Source: Longimicrobiales bacterium (GTDB lineage: Bacteria; Gemmatimonadota; Gemmatimonadetes; Longimicrobiales; RSA9). Taken from it: a stretch of 64,000 nt of DNA. Below, in pieces: positions 8,309 to 17,381 of the stretch; the first letter of the stretch is position 1, and each line of letters begins with the position of its first letter. Under the pieces are notes generated by a model that saw only the letters and a list, made by a program, of their open reading frames with translations, was not told where the DNA came from and searched no databases. The stretch is taken from positions 26,273-90,272 of the forward strand of contig DATKDR010000098.1 of assembly GCA_035512635.1 (NCBI GenBank). Direction: 5' to 3'. Made by a program: the position numbers and the translations under genes.

Positions 8309-9310
8309 ATGCGCCGAACCCTGCTGCGCGCCGCGCTCTTCCTGTCCGCGTTCGTCGTCGTCGCGTTCATCGTCTTCCTGGTGAATCAGACGGCGCAGCT
8401 CGTGGCGCTGGCCGACCGGGCGCACCCGCTCTTCGGCGATGTCGTCTTCTGGACCCTGCTCGCGCTCTACGCCTTCTGTCTGCTGGTGCCGGCCTTCCTC
8501 ATCCTGCGCCTGCCGCCGCCGCTGGTGCCGCCCGAAGACGAGAAATCGGCCGACTTCGAGCGCCACATGGAGCGGCTGATGAAGCGGCTGCGTCGGAATC
8601 CGCTGCTGCGCGAACGGACGATCACCGAGCGCGCGCACGTCGAGGAGGCGCTGGTCGTGCTCGACCGGCGCGCGGACGAGCTGAGCCGGGCTGCCGGCGC
8701 GCAGGTCTTCCTGACGACGGCGATCTCGCAGAACGGCTCGCTCGACGGCGTCATCGTGCTCGCCGCGCAGTCGAAGCTGGTCTACGACATCGCGCGCGTG
8801 TACTACCAGCGGCCCACGCTGCGGGATATGCTCTACCTGTACGGCAACGTCGCGTCGACCGCGTTCGTCGCGGGCGAGCTCGAGGACATCGACCTGTCGG
8901 AGCAGGTGCAGCCGATCCTGTCGAGCGTCGCCGGCTCCGCCGCGGGCGCCATTCCCGGCTTCCAGGCGGCGAGCACCCTCTTCGTCACCTCGGTCATGAC
9001 CGGCGCGGCGAACGCGCTGCTCACGATGCGCGTCGGCATCATCACGAAGCAGTACTCGCGCGCGCTGGCCGCGCCACAGCGCCGCATCGTGCGCCGCACC
9101 GCGCTGGTGCAGGCGACGGGGATGCTGGGCGGCGTCGTGATGGGCGGCGCGCGGCGCGTCTGGGACGCCATCCTGCGCGCCACCGGCCGCCGCATGTCGG
9201 GCGCGGTAACCGGCGCGGCGTCGAGCATGCGGCAGGCGAGCGAGTCGTTCGCGGATTTCATGGGCTTCGGTCGCCGGCGCGACGATCCGCAGAGCGGGAC
9301 CGAGCTGTAG
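8309..9310 (+). CDS. YcjF/DUF697-like inner membrane protein
   Basis: From the ATG at 8309: two N-terminal TM helices, then FLTTAISQNGSLDGVIVLAAQSKLVYDIARVYYQRP, resembling the DUF697 core. Confidence 0.6.
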   Translation: MRRTLLRAALFLSAFVVVAFIVFLVNQTAQLVALADRAHPLFGDVVFWTLLALYAFCLLVPAFLILRLPPPLVPPEDEKSADFERHMERLMKRLRRNPLLRERTITERAHVEEALVVLDRRADELSRAAGAQVFLTTAISQNGSLDGVIVLAAQSKLVYDIARVYYQRPTLRDMLYLYGNVASTAFVAGELEDIDLSEQVQPILSSVAGSAAGAIPGFQAASTLFVTSVMTGAANALLTMRVGIITKQYSRALAAPQRRIVRRTALVQATGMLGGVVMGGARRVWDAILRATGRRMSGAVTGAASSMRQASESFADFMGFGRRRDDPQSGTEL

Positions 9311-9352
9311 CACGAAGGCGTACCGTCGTTTCACTCGAAAGGAAGTTCGACC

Positions 9353-9928
9353 ATGCACGAAGCGCAGATCGTTTCCTCGGCCGCCCGCGGCGGGGCGCCG
9401 CACCTGTCCGGCCGGCCGCGCAGCGACGAATACGCGCCGTACTACGCCCGCTACGTCGAGCGCGTGCGGCCCGGCGACATCGCAGTGGCTCTCGAGGAGG
9501 GCGCGCGCGAGACCGTCGCGCTGCTCCGCTCGGAGCTCGCGCGCACGAATGCCGACCGCGCCTATGCGGAGGGCAAGTGGACGCTGAAGGAAGTGGTGGG
9601 ACACGTCATCGACGCGGAGCGCGTCTTCGCCCTTCGCATGATGCGCTTCGGCCGCGGCGACACCACGCCGCTGCCGTCGTTCGACGAGGACGCGTACACA
9701 CCCGCGGGGGAGTTCGGCACGCGCACGCTCGACAGCCTGATCGAGGAGTTCATCGCCGTGCGCAACGCCACCATCCATCTGATTCGCGGCCTGCCGGAGT
9801 CCGCATGGACCCGCCGCGGGGTGGCGTCCGGCTTCGAGGTGTCGGTGCGCGCGCTCGCGCACATCATCGCCGGCCACGAGCTACACCACCGCGCCATCCT
9901 GGAGCACCGCTACCTGGCGGGCGATTGA
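9353..9928 (+). CDS. DinB-family (DinB_2) metal-dependent protein
   Basis: WTLKEVVGHVIDAERVF.. and IAGHELHHRAILEHRYL fit the DinB-like His triad pattern. Confidence 0.7.
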   Translation: MHEAQIVSSAARGGAPHLSGRPRSDEYAPYYARYVERVRPGDIAVALEEGARETVALLRSELARTNADRAYAEGKWTLKEVVGHVIDAERVFALRMMRFGRGDTTPLPSFDEDAYTPAGEFGTRTLDSLIEEFIAVRNATIHLIRGLPESAWTRRGVASGFEVSVRALAHIIAGHELHHRAILEHRYLAGD

Positions 9929-10425
9929 TGACACGAGCACGACGGACACGGGTCGCGACGGTGGCCGTGGCCCTGGTCGCGCTCGGCGCAGGCTGCGCAC
10001 GCGCGGAGGGCCGCGGCCGCGATACGATCGAGCGCCTGGCCTGGCTCGCCGGCTGCTGGGAGCGGCGCGCGGGCGAGCGCCTGCTCGAGGAGCAGTGGAT
10101 GAGGCCGCGTGGGGGCACCATGCTCGGCATGAGCCGCCTGGTCCGCGGCAGCGCGACGCTGTCGCACGAGTCGATGCGCATCGAGGAGCGGGACGGTGGT
10201 CTCGTCTTCGCGGCGCAGCCCTCGGGGCAGGCGCCGGCCGAATTCGCCTCGCAGGCGATCGCGGACTCCGTCGTCGTCTTCGAGAATGCGACACACGACT
10301 TCCCGCAGCGCGTCATCTATCGACACGCGGCGGGCGATTCCCTGCACGCGCGCATCGAGGGCGAGCGCGGCGGCGAGCCCTCGGGCATCGACTTCAGAAT
10401 GGCACGGGTGGCATGCACGGACTGA
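9928..10425 (+). CDS. lipoprotein, DUF6265-like
   Basis: The ATG at 9928 overlaps the preceding stop (TGATG). Lipobox ALGAGC. Motifs WLAGCWERR and FENATHDFPQRVIY. Confidence 0.6.
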   Translation: MTRARRTRVATVAVALVALGAGCARAEGRGRDTIERLAWLAGCWERRAGERLLEEQWMRPRGGTMLGMSRLVRGSATLSHESMRIEERDGGLVFAAQPSGQAPAEFASQAIADSVVVFENATHDFPQRVIYRHAAGDSLHARIEGERGGEPSGIDFRMARVACTD

Positions 10426-10967
10426 GACCAAGCCACGTGGCGGCGGGGCTGGCGCTGACGCTCCTGTTCGCGGCCTGCGACGGCGGCGCGGACGAATCCC
10501 GCGAATCGGCGCGCAGACTGGCGCCGGAATCGGCGGGGCTCGAAGGCGGCCCGGCCACGCGGGACGGCGCGCCTTCGACGGGGGCCGGCTGTGCGCTGCT
10601 CACGGAGGAGCAGGTGGAGGAGGCGCTCGGCTTCGGCGTCGTCATGAACGACAACACGACCGGCAATTGCCTGGTCACGCCGGACGACGGCTCACCGTCC
10701 GGGCCCGCCGTCGACTTCAGGATCGAGGACCGGGCGGCGGCCTACGACTACTTCGCCGCCCAGCCGGATGCCGAGCCCATCCCCGATCTCGGCGACCGCG
10801 CCGTCTGGTCGACCCTCAACGAGATGACCGGCAACCTCGCGGTGGTGCTCGGTGAGCGCGCCGTGGTGGTCGCGATCGCACGGGCGGACGGCCTCGATGC
10901 CCGCGCACGCCGGCAGGCGGAAGCCCTCGCCCGCGCCATCGTCCGGACGCTAGGCAGTAGTCGGTAG
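10413..10967 (+). CDS. hypothetical lipoprotein
   Basis: The ATG at 10413 gives MHGLRPSHVAAGLALTLLFAAC (lipobox). The stop codon lies inside heptamer array H3. Confidence 0.6.
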   Translation: MHGLRPSHVAAGLALTLLFAACDGGADESRESARRLAPESAGLEGGPATRDGAPSTGAGCALLTEEQVEEALGFGVVMNDNTTGNCLVTPDDGSPSGPAVDFRIEDRAAAYDYFAAQPDAEPIPDLGDRAVWSTLNEMTGNLAVVLGERAVVVAIARADGLDARARRQAEALARAIVRTLGSSR

Positions 10968-11032
10968 TCGGTAGTCGGTCGACCGGATACCGGATACCGG
11001 ATACCGAATACCGGATACCGGCTTCGGCTAGC
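10956..11032. repeat. heptamer array H3, two-arm (GGTAGTC)n-GGTCGACC-(CGGATAC)n
   Basis: 11 contiguous 7-nt units in one register fill the whole gap between convergent stops (10965-10967 and 11028-11030). A GGTCGACC palindrome sits at the centre. Confidence 0.9.
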
Positions 11033-11579
11033 GGCCGAACAGCAGCGTGCCCGCACCGAGCCCTCGCGCCTCACCCCCCGTGCTGATCTTGCCGCCGGAG
11101 CCGCCGTGCGGATCGAAGGACCAGATGTCCGGGAACTCGACGAGCAGCAGACCCCTTTCCGGATCGAACTCGCCCACCAGCTCCGTGCGCTCGGCGCCCG
11201 TTTCGCTGCCGCCCGCCCATGACACCTCCCACTGGAGGATGGTCATGATCACCAGCGTGCTGGTGTTGTCGAACTCGCCCCGCCAGAAGACGTCGAAGAC
11301 GTTCCGGAACGGGTCGGTGCGACAGGCCTGATCGGTGCCGGTGGCGACCCGCTGCGTGAAGTGGTGGTGGATCTCGAAGTCGCCGTTCGACTCCATGGCC
11401 AGCACGCTGTCGACACAGTAGTCGGCATCCAGCTCGGCCGGCGGAACGCCGCCCAGCGCCAGGAGCTGGTAGTCGCCCGCCAGGTCCGCGGCGGTGACGT
11501 CGACCAGCTCCGCGGCGTCGTTCGTCTCGCATGCGGCGAGCGCGAAGGCGCCCGCGATGATCGCTTTCTGCCAGCGCAC
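11028..11579 (-). CDS. small lipoprotein with Gly-rich C-terminal tail (module gene C2)
   Basis: MRWQKAIIAGAFALAAC lipobox, DLAGDYQLL, and tail GGSGGKISTGGEARGLGAGTLLFGR. Paralog of 16840-17373. 8 nt after the B2 stop. Confidence 0.75.
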   Translation of the reverse strand: MRWQKAIIAGAFALAACETNDAAELVDVTAADLAGDYQLLALGGVPPAELDADYCVDSVLAMESNGDFEIHHHFTQRVATGTDQACRTDPFRNVFDVFWRGEFDNTSTLVIMTILQWEVSWAGGSETGAERTELVGEFDPERGLLLVEFPDIWSFDPHGGSGGKISTGGEARGLGAGTLLFGR

Positions 11580-11587
11580 TCAGCCTC

Positions 11588-12910
11588 CTAGAAGAAGATC
11601 ACGATCGAGCCGATCGCCTCGCGCCGGTCCCCGCCCAGGACCACCGCGCCGTCAAACTGGAAGCGCTCGAACAGCACCGTGCCGACGCCCGCGCTGAACT
11701 GGAGCGTAGCGTCCTCGGGCTCGGTGCCCCAGAGCTGCCGCTCGATCGGGTCGGTCCCGATGTAGTAGGTGTTCGATGCCGCGATCTGCGCCGCGCCCGC
11801 GCGCAGCGCGAGCGGCGCCGCGCCGAGGAACAGGATGTACTCCGCACCCGCGTGGATGTCGAGACCGTCGTCGGCGACGTAGTCGTCGGCGTTCAGCTCC
11901 TGCCGCCCGGCGGAGCGCGTGAACACGAGCGCGTCGCTCGCGGCGATCTGCGAGTACTTGTTCACGAGCGCGTCCACGGAGATCGTGAACAGCTCGTGCG
12001 GGCGCAGCGCGAAGCCACCGCCGAAGGCGTCCGGTATCTTGAAGCTGAAGGTGTCCTGCGCGGCGATGGCCGGATCGTCCACTTCCTCGCCGCGGCGATC
12101 GACGACGCGCCATTCCAGCTCGTCGAAACTCGGCCGCCGCTTGTAGACGGCGCCCAGGCTGAAGGACTCGCTCAGGCGGAACATCACGCCGCCGTTCAGG
12201 AAGAAGCCGGTCCCCTCGCCGCCGTCGTCGTCCAGCTCGGCGCTGCCGGCACCGACGACCAGTCGGTTGGTGAGGAATGCATCGTCGTACTGCGAGATCT
12301 CGTAGCGCGGGAAATCGACGTCGAGGTCGAGCTGCGAGAGTCCGCCGGACGCGCCGACCGAGAACCTGCCCAGCTTCACCGCGACCGCGGCGCCGTAGTT
12401 GTAGACGTCCATCTCGAGATGGGACGTCGACGGCAGCAGGAAGACGCCGCCGCCGAAGTCCGCACCGCTCGAGGCGACGTCACTCCGGTAATTGACCAGC
12501 TCGTGCCGGAACGCCGCGAGCGTGACCGTGCCGAGCGGCAGTGTCGCGCTGAGGAACGACGGTACCGGCACCTGATTCGTGAACTCGCTGCCGCCCGGCG
12601 CACCGCCCGCCTCCTCCGCCAGCGTCCGCGTGTACTCGACGCCCTTGAACTCGAACGAGACCTGCGGATAGAGCAGGATCGTGAGGCCGGCGGGATTGGT
12701 CTCCGCCGCGGTCGCATCGTCGGCCAGCGGGATGAACGCGCCACCCAGCGCGGCCGAGCGTGCGCCCGGCGCGTTGAAGTTGAAGCCGAGCTTGGCGAAA
12801 TTCTCGGCATTGAGCTGCGCCTCCGCGCCGGTCGCCCCGGCCATCAGCAAGGCGACCGCGAACGCGGCGCCACCGGCGGAGCCGTGCAGGCTCACCGCCC
12901 GCGCCCTCAT
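11588..12910 (-). CDS. outer-membrane beta-barrel, FadL/PorV-like (module gene B2)
   Basis: Signal peptide, then AQLNAENFAKLGFNFNAPGARSAALGGAFIPLADDATAAETNPAGL. Ends in ..IVIFF (aromatic C-terminus). Close paralog of 17382-18722. Confidence 0.8.
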   Translation of the reverse strand: MRARAVSLHGSAGGAAFAVALLMAGATGAEAQLNAENFAKLGFNFNAPGARSAALGGAFIPLADDATAAETNPAGLTILLYPQVSFEFKGVEYTRTLAEEAGGAPGGSEFTNQVPVPSFLSATLPLGTVTLAAFRHELVNYRSDVASSGADFGGGVFLLPSTSHLEMDVYNYGAAVAVKLGRFSVGASGGLSQLDLDVDFPRYEISQYDDAFLTNRLVVGAGSAELDDDGGEGTGFFLNGGVMFRLSESFSLGAVYKRRPSFDELEWRVVDRRGEEVDDPAIAAQDTFSFKIPDAFGGGFALRPHELFTISVDALVNKYSQIAASDALVFTRSAGRQELNADDYVADDGLDIHAGAEYILFLGAAPLALRAGAAQIAASNTYYIGTDPIERQLWGTEPEDATLQFSAGVGTVLFERFQFDGAVVLGGDRREAIGSIVIFF

Positions 12911-14367
12911 CGTCCACCTCCCCGCTGCCGCAGCTCGGCGAGCGGCACTCGCTCATCCGACCCGCCGATGCGAACCGTCGGCGCTCCGTCCCCTGCGCCC
13001 GCGGCCGCGCTGCCGATGGGACTCGCGGACTGGCCGACCGACTCGAAGAAGCCGAGCGGCTCGGTCGGCCGTGCGATGGCGGTGCCGGTCGCCGCCGCGC
13101 AGTGCCCGACCTCGTAGGTGTACGCTCCCGACGAGGAGGTCATGCCGGCCAGGAACGGCGCGACCCAGACCCAGTAGACGTCGGCGCCGCTCACGTCGTC
13201 GACGCGCACGCCCTCCGCGCCACCCGGCGTGGTGCTCTGCGCGGCGATCGCCCCAGTGATGTCGTAGACGATGAGGTCGATGTCGTCGAAGCCGCCCGCG
13301 TGCGCCGCGACGTTGACGCAGACGTCGATGAGCGTGGTCGCATCCCCTTCGCCGAAGAGATGGAACCAGTCGCCCTCGCCGTACTCCGGCGCGACCGCGT
13401 CCGGCGTCAGGTCCGCGCCCGTCAGCGTGAGCGACGGGTTGAAGCCGTACGCGCCCCAGACGGCGAAGGGATCCCAGAAATCGAAGTAGATCGAATCGGT
13501 GGCCAGGGCCGGCGTGTTGTTCGGCTCGAAGACGTCCGCGGCCAGCGGCGAGATGGTCAGCGTCACGTCCGCATCGGGCCGGTAGCGGACCTCCGTGCTG
13601 CCGGCGAACGCGCGCAGCCGGCCGGTCTCCGCGCCCACCGGAATGAACGCGATCAGGTAGCCGTCGCCCGGCACCGGGTAGAGCGACTGCGTCTCGGGCA
13701 CGCGAATAAAGGAAGGCCAGACGTTGTCGACCTGCTGCGCTCCCGGCAGCGAAACGGCGAGGGCGTCGGGCAGTCGCCGGCCGTAGACGAGGATCGGCTC
13801 GCCGATGCGGTAATCGGTGCCCGGGAAAAGAGCGAAGACGTCGGACAGGCAGGGACCCGACCAGTCACTGCCGCTCACCTCGTAGAAGACCTCGTCGCGG
13901 TAGGCTTCGTTGGGTGGCGATTCGCCACCCGGAAAGACGACGGCCAGGATGCGGAGATAGTCGTAGCTGCCGCAGAAGGGCGACACCTCGGGCAGAGTGA
14001 ACGTGCCCGTGAAGCGGGTCTCGCCGGAGGAGCCGGGCAGTGCCTCGAACGACTCGGCGAGATCACCCTCCCACCGGAACGCCTGGCCCGCCACGCTGTC
14101 GTGCGTCTCGAGCCAGACGCCGAGCACGCTGGACGCCGGCATCTCCTGCCAGTGCACGTCGAACTCGACGTCGTGGACGGCCGGACCGACGGTCAGCCGC
14201 TCACCCTCGCGCGGCCGCACGCTCGCCTTGTCGATCGCGACCGCGGTGAACGTCACCACCTCCGGCTCCGTAAACACCGGCGTATCCTCGCACGCGACGA
14301 CGCCGGCAAGCGCAAACACGAGCGGCGTCGCGGCTCCCCGACGTCGGTGTCGGACGAAACGAGTCAT
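12907..14367 (-). CDS. surface/periplasmic lipoprotein with PPC-like C-terminal domain (module gene A2)
   Basis: ATG at 14367 after GAGGA. Lipobox LAGVVAC. The N-domain is paralogous to A1. The C-terminal EPNNT..GDWFHLF..DIDLIVYD resembles a pre-peptidase C-terminal domain. ATGA overlap with B2. Confidence 0.75.
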   Translation of the reverse strand: MTRFVRHRRRGAATPLVFALAGVVACEDTPVFTEPEVVTFTAVAIDKASVRPREGERLTVGPAVHDVEFDVHWQEMPASSVLGVWLETHDSVAGQAFRWEGDLAESFEALPGSSGETRFTGTFTLPEVSPFCGSYDYLRILAVVFPGGESPPNEAYRDEVFYEVSGSDWSGPCLSDVFALFPGTDYRIGEPILVYGRRLPDALAVSLPGAQQVDNVWPSFIRVPETQSLYPVPGDGYLIAFIPVGAETGRLRAFAGSTEVRYRPDADVTLTISPLAADVFEPNNTPALATDSIYFDFWDPFAVWGAYGFNPSLTLTGADLTPDAVAPEYGEGDWFHLFGEGDATTLIDVCVNVAAHAGGFDDIDLIVYDITGAIAAQSTTPGGAEGVRVDDVSGADVYWVWVAPFLAGMTSSSGAYTYEVGHCAAATGTAIARPTEPLGFFESVGQSASPIGSAAAGAGDGAPTVRIGGSDERVPLAELRQRGGGR

Positions 14368-14450
14368 TGTTCCTCGGAAATGTGCGGAATCAGCCCGGCA
14401 AAGAAAGCCAGGCGGGCACGCGTCGCGCATGCCCGACCCGGTCGGCGAAC

Positions 14451-16718
14451 CTAGATGGCCACGCGACCCATGATCAGATTCCCTTCGACTTCGCCCTTCT
14501 TCACCGGATGCTGGGTCTGTCCGGTCGCCTCGGGGACCATGCGCGCGACGTAATCGTACGCCTCGTCGAACATGATCGCACCGTCGCGATTCGCGTCCGC
14601 CGCGCCACGCAGCCCCTCGAGCAGGTAGTACGTGAAGACGCCGTGGCCGAGATCGCTCCGCTCCTGGCTGGGCTCGTTCGCGCTGGACGCGGACATGATG
14701 ACGCGGCCGGTGCCGCTCGCGCCGAGGCGATCGAGGAACGAGTCGGAGATGGTCGCGCGCCGCCCGGACAGCACCGTACGCCCGCCCGACGCACCGCTGT
14801 AGCAGGCGTCCGCGATGAAGATCACCCGCTCCGCCTGGAGACGGCCGAAGATGGTCGCGATCTCGTTCATGGAGAACGCGGTGCCGTACAGATTCTCCGG
14901 ATCCGCCTCCCAGGACAGCAGGTACTTCTCGAGGCCGTCGCCGTCGAGGTTCTGCGCATCGACTTCGGGGCCGCCATGGCCCGCGTAGTAGATGATGACC
15001 ATGTCCTCGGCGCCCGCCCGGCGGCGCAGATCGTTGCCGAGCGCGGTCTTCATCGCCTGCGTCGTGGCCTGAGAGTCGATCAGCTTGATGATGTTCTCCT
15101 CCGGCACGCCCAGATCGTCGACCAGGTAGGCGTAGAAGGCCTCGGCGTCCGCCACGGTGTAGCCGAGATCGGGGACGCCCGGATGCTGGTAGTCCTGGAT
15201 GCCGATGACCGCGGCGTAGACCTCGGACCGCTCCGCCTGGAGGCGGAGGTCCAGCGGCTGCTCGGTGACCTGCCCGGTGATGTTGCGCGCGCGGACGATG
15301 ACGTGGTTCACGTCCTCGGTCAGGTAGACGTCGTGGTAGAAGTTGACGACGGTGCCCTGGTTTTCGAGCTGCTGGCCCTGACCGCCACCCGGCCGCACGA
15401 CCGCCTGGATGCCGCGCGTGCCGGTCTGCACGCGATCGTAGCGGCGGCCGTTCACCTCGATCTCGAGGTTGGCGACGCCGTTGTTGTCCATGACGACGCC
15501 CTGGAGCCGGACGACCTCGCTCTGCATCGGCTCCTCGACGTTGACGGGCGTCACGATCGCGATGCGGGGCGGCTCCTGGGCAGCGCCGCGCTGCGCCGCC
15601 AGCTCCGCCTGCCTGCGCGCTTCAGCGACGCGCCGGATCTCGCCGTCGGCGATGTCCCGGAAGCGGGTCGCCTCCTCGCGCAGCTGCCCGCCACCGGTCA
15701 GATCCTGCGCAAGCAGGAGCGCGATGTCGAAGGTCGCGCGCGCCGACTCGTATTCGCCCGCGTCGAGCTGCCCGCGTCCGCGTCGCACGAGCTCCCACGC
15801 GCGCGATTCGAGAATGCCGAACTCGCTCACCGCCGGAGCGGGCGCGGCCGCGGCCGGTGCCGGAGCGGCCGCAGCCGGGGCGACAGCCGCCGCGGCGACG
15901 GGCGCCGTCGTGACCGCGGCGACGGGTGGAGCCGTGACCGCGACCGCGGGCGGCTCCTTGACCGGCGCCACGGTGGGCGCGGGATCGGCTGCTGCGGGCG
16001 GCGCCGTTACGGCCGGGACCGGCGGCTGCGCAGCTGCGACCGGCGGCACCGGCACTGGAGCGAAGATGGGCGTGACGACGGCAATGCTCGGCCGCGTCTC
16101 GATCTCGACGCGGGCGAGCATGGCTGCCATCGCCTCGCTGCGCACGCGCGCTTCCCACAGCCTCGCGTCCTCGTGCCGCGGTTCGAGCGCGAGCACCGCG
16201 CCGAACTCCGCCAGCGCGGCCTCGAAGTCACCGTTCTCGAAGCGGTCGATGCCCCGCTGCATGCGCTCGGCGAGGCGCTCGCGCAGCTCGGTCTCGGCGG
16301 CCGCGACGGCCGAGGCGGTCGTGCTCGGACCGGCGGCCGCGGCGAGCAGGACCTGGAGCTGACTGTGGAGGCGATCCGAGCGCTGGATCTCGCCCTGACG
16401 CTGCTCCAGCTCGAGGAACCGGCGGGCGTTCTCCAGGTCGCCGAGGTTGTAGTGGGCGACGCCGGCGTAGTAGTACGGCATGTACGCGATGAAGCGCATA
16501 CCGTACGTGCGCGCGCGAACGCTCGAGTCGTCCTTCTTCTCGATCGCCTGCTCCACCTCGGCGATGGCGAGATGCCACTGCGAACGCTCGATCGCCTTCG
16601 TCGCCCGATCGTAGTGCACGTACCAGAGCTCGGCGGAAGGCCCGCTTGCGATGCTCAGCACGAGCAGGAACGGGATGACCGCGTACGTCGAGACGTTATG
16701 GCGCCGCATGATGGCCAA
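14451..16718 (-). CDS. secreted TPR-repeat orthocaspase (peptidase C14)
   Basis: N-terminal hydrophobic signal, TPR-like helices and a long Pro/Ala linker. C-terminal caspase fold with IIYYAGHGG (His) and FIADACYSGASGG (Cys). Confidence 0.85.
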   Translation of the reverse strand: MAIMRRHNVSTYAVIPFLLVLSIASGPSAELWYVHYDRATKAIERSQWHLAIAEVEQAIEKKDDSSVRARTYGMRFIAYMPYYYAGVAHYNLGDLENARRFLELEQRQGEIQRSDRLHSQLQVLLAAAAGPSTTASAVAAAETELRERLAERMQRGIDRFENGDFEAALAEFGAVLALEPRHEDARLWEARVRSEAMAAMLARVEIETRPSIAVVTPIFAPVPVPPVAAAQPPVPAVTAPPAAADPAPTVAPVKEPPAVAVTAPPVAAVTTAPVAAAAVAPAAAAPAPAAAAPAPAVSEFGILESRAWELVRRGRGQLDAGEYESARATFDIALLLAQDLTGGGQLREEATRFRDIADGEIRRVAEARRQAELAAQRGAAQEPPRIAIVTPVNVEEPMQSEVVRLQGVVMDNNGVANLEIEVNGRRYDRVQTGTRGIQAVVRPGGGQGQQLENQGTVVNFYHDVYLTEDVNHVIVRARNITGQVTEQPLDLRLQAERSEVYAAVIGIQDYQHPGVPDLGYTVADAEAFYAYLVDDLGVPEENIIKLIDSQATTQAMKTALGNDLRRRAGAEDMVIIYYAGHGGPEVDAQNLDGDGLEKYLLSWEADPENLYGTAFSMNEIATIFGRLQAERVIFIADACYSGASGGRTVLSGRRATISDSFLDRLGASGTGRVIMSASSANEPSQERSDLGHGVFTYYLLEGLRGAADANRDGAIMFDEAYDYVARMVPEATGQTQHPVKKGEVEGNLIMGRVAI

Positions 16719-16839
16719 TCCTGGCTGGTTTACCGGGGGGATAAAAAAGGTAGCCGCTCGGCCGCTGGAGAGTCAACGGCCGAACGGACTCTGAGGAAGG
16801 CGAAAGCCGCGGCGGCGTCCGTTCGCGGCGGGGCGCCCT

Positions 16840-17373
16840 CTAGTCGCGAAAGAACTCGAGGTCGCCGAACCCGGCTCCGGCTTCCTTGCCACCCGTCTTG
16901 CTTCCACCCCCACCGCCTTCCCCGAAGCCCCACGGGTCGGCGAACTGCACCGCGATGCTGCCCGCGTCCGGGTCGTAGCTGCCGGTCAGATCGGTCCGGA
17001 CATCGAAGTAGACCGGCGCGCCGGATTCGTCGATGATGTATTGGCGCGTCGACTCGAAGGCGAGGAAGGTGCCCAGGTTCGCGTACGTGCCCTCCCAGCC
17101 GCCGAACTCCGGCATCGCTTCGGCCTCGGCCTGATGCGCGCTGCAGGGCTCCGCCACGTCGAAGAGGACGTTGTAGTAGAGGACGAAGGAGCCGGACGCC
17201 GCCAGCTCGAGCCACGCGTATTCGCAGAATGCGCCGGAGTCGAAAAACGCCATGTATTCGTAGGTCCCGGCCAGCTCGCTGCGATCGACATCGACGACCG
17301 GATCCGTCGCGTCGTGCTGCGTACAGCCGGAGAGCCCGAAGGCCAGGACGATGCCGAGAATCTGCTTGCGCAC
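16840..17373 (-). CDS. small lipoprotein with Gly-rich C-terminal tail (module gene C1)
   Basis: GTG at 17373 after GGAGA. Lipobox AFGLSGC, ELAGTYEY, and tail GEGGGGGSKTGGKEAGAGFGDLEFFRD. 8 nt after the B1 stop. Confidence 0.7.
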   Translation of the reverse strand: MRKQILGIVLAFGLSGCTQHDATDPVVDVDRSELAGTYEYMAFFDSGAFCEYAWLELAASGSFVLYYNVLFDVAEPCSAHQAEAEAMPEFGGWEGTYANLGTFLAFESTRQYIIDESGAPVYFDVRTDLTGSYDPDAGSIAVQFADPWGFGEGGGGGSKTGGKEAGAGFGDLEFFRD

Positions 17374-17381
17374 GGTATCTC

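Noticed and set aside
7437-9310. FRG-domain gene plus DUF697 membrane protein as a possible defence island (and HNH at 45217-45768 likewise)
   Set aside because: There are no partner nuclease, ATPase or methylase genes, no mobile-element scars and no compositional shift visible by eye. The HNH gene next to priA looks like a common stand-alone arrangement. Evidence is insufficient to call a system.
16741-16790. Terminator between module gene C1 and the caspase gene
   Set aside because: A CGGCCG..CGGCCG stem (6-7 bp) and a T6 run exist on the minus strand, but the T-run is 8 nt away from the stem and the stem is short. This is too weak to annotate, and read-through is equally plausible.
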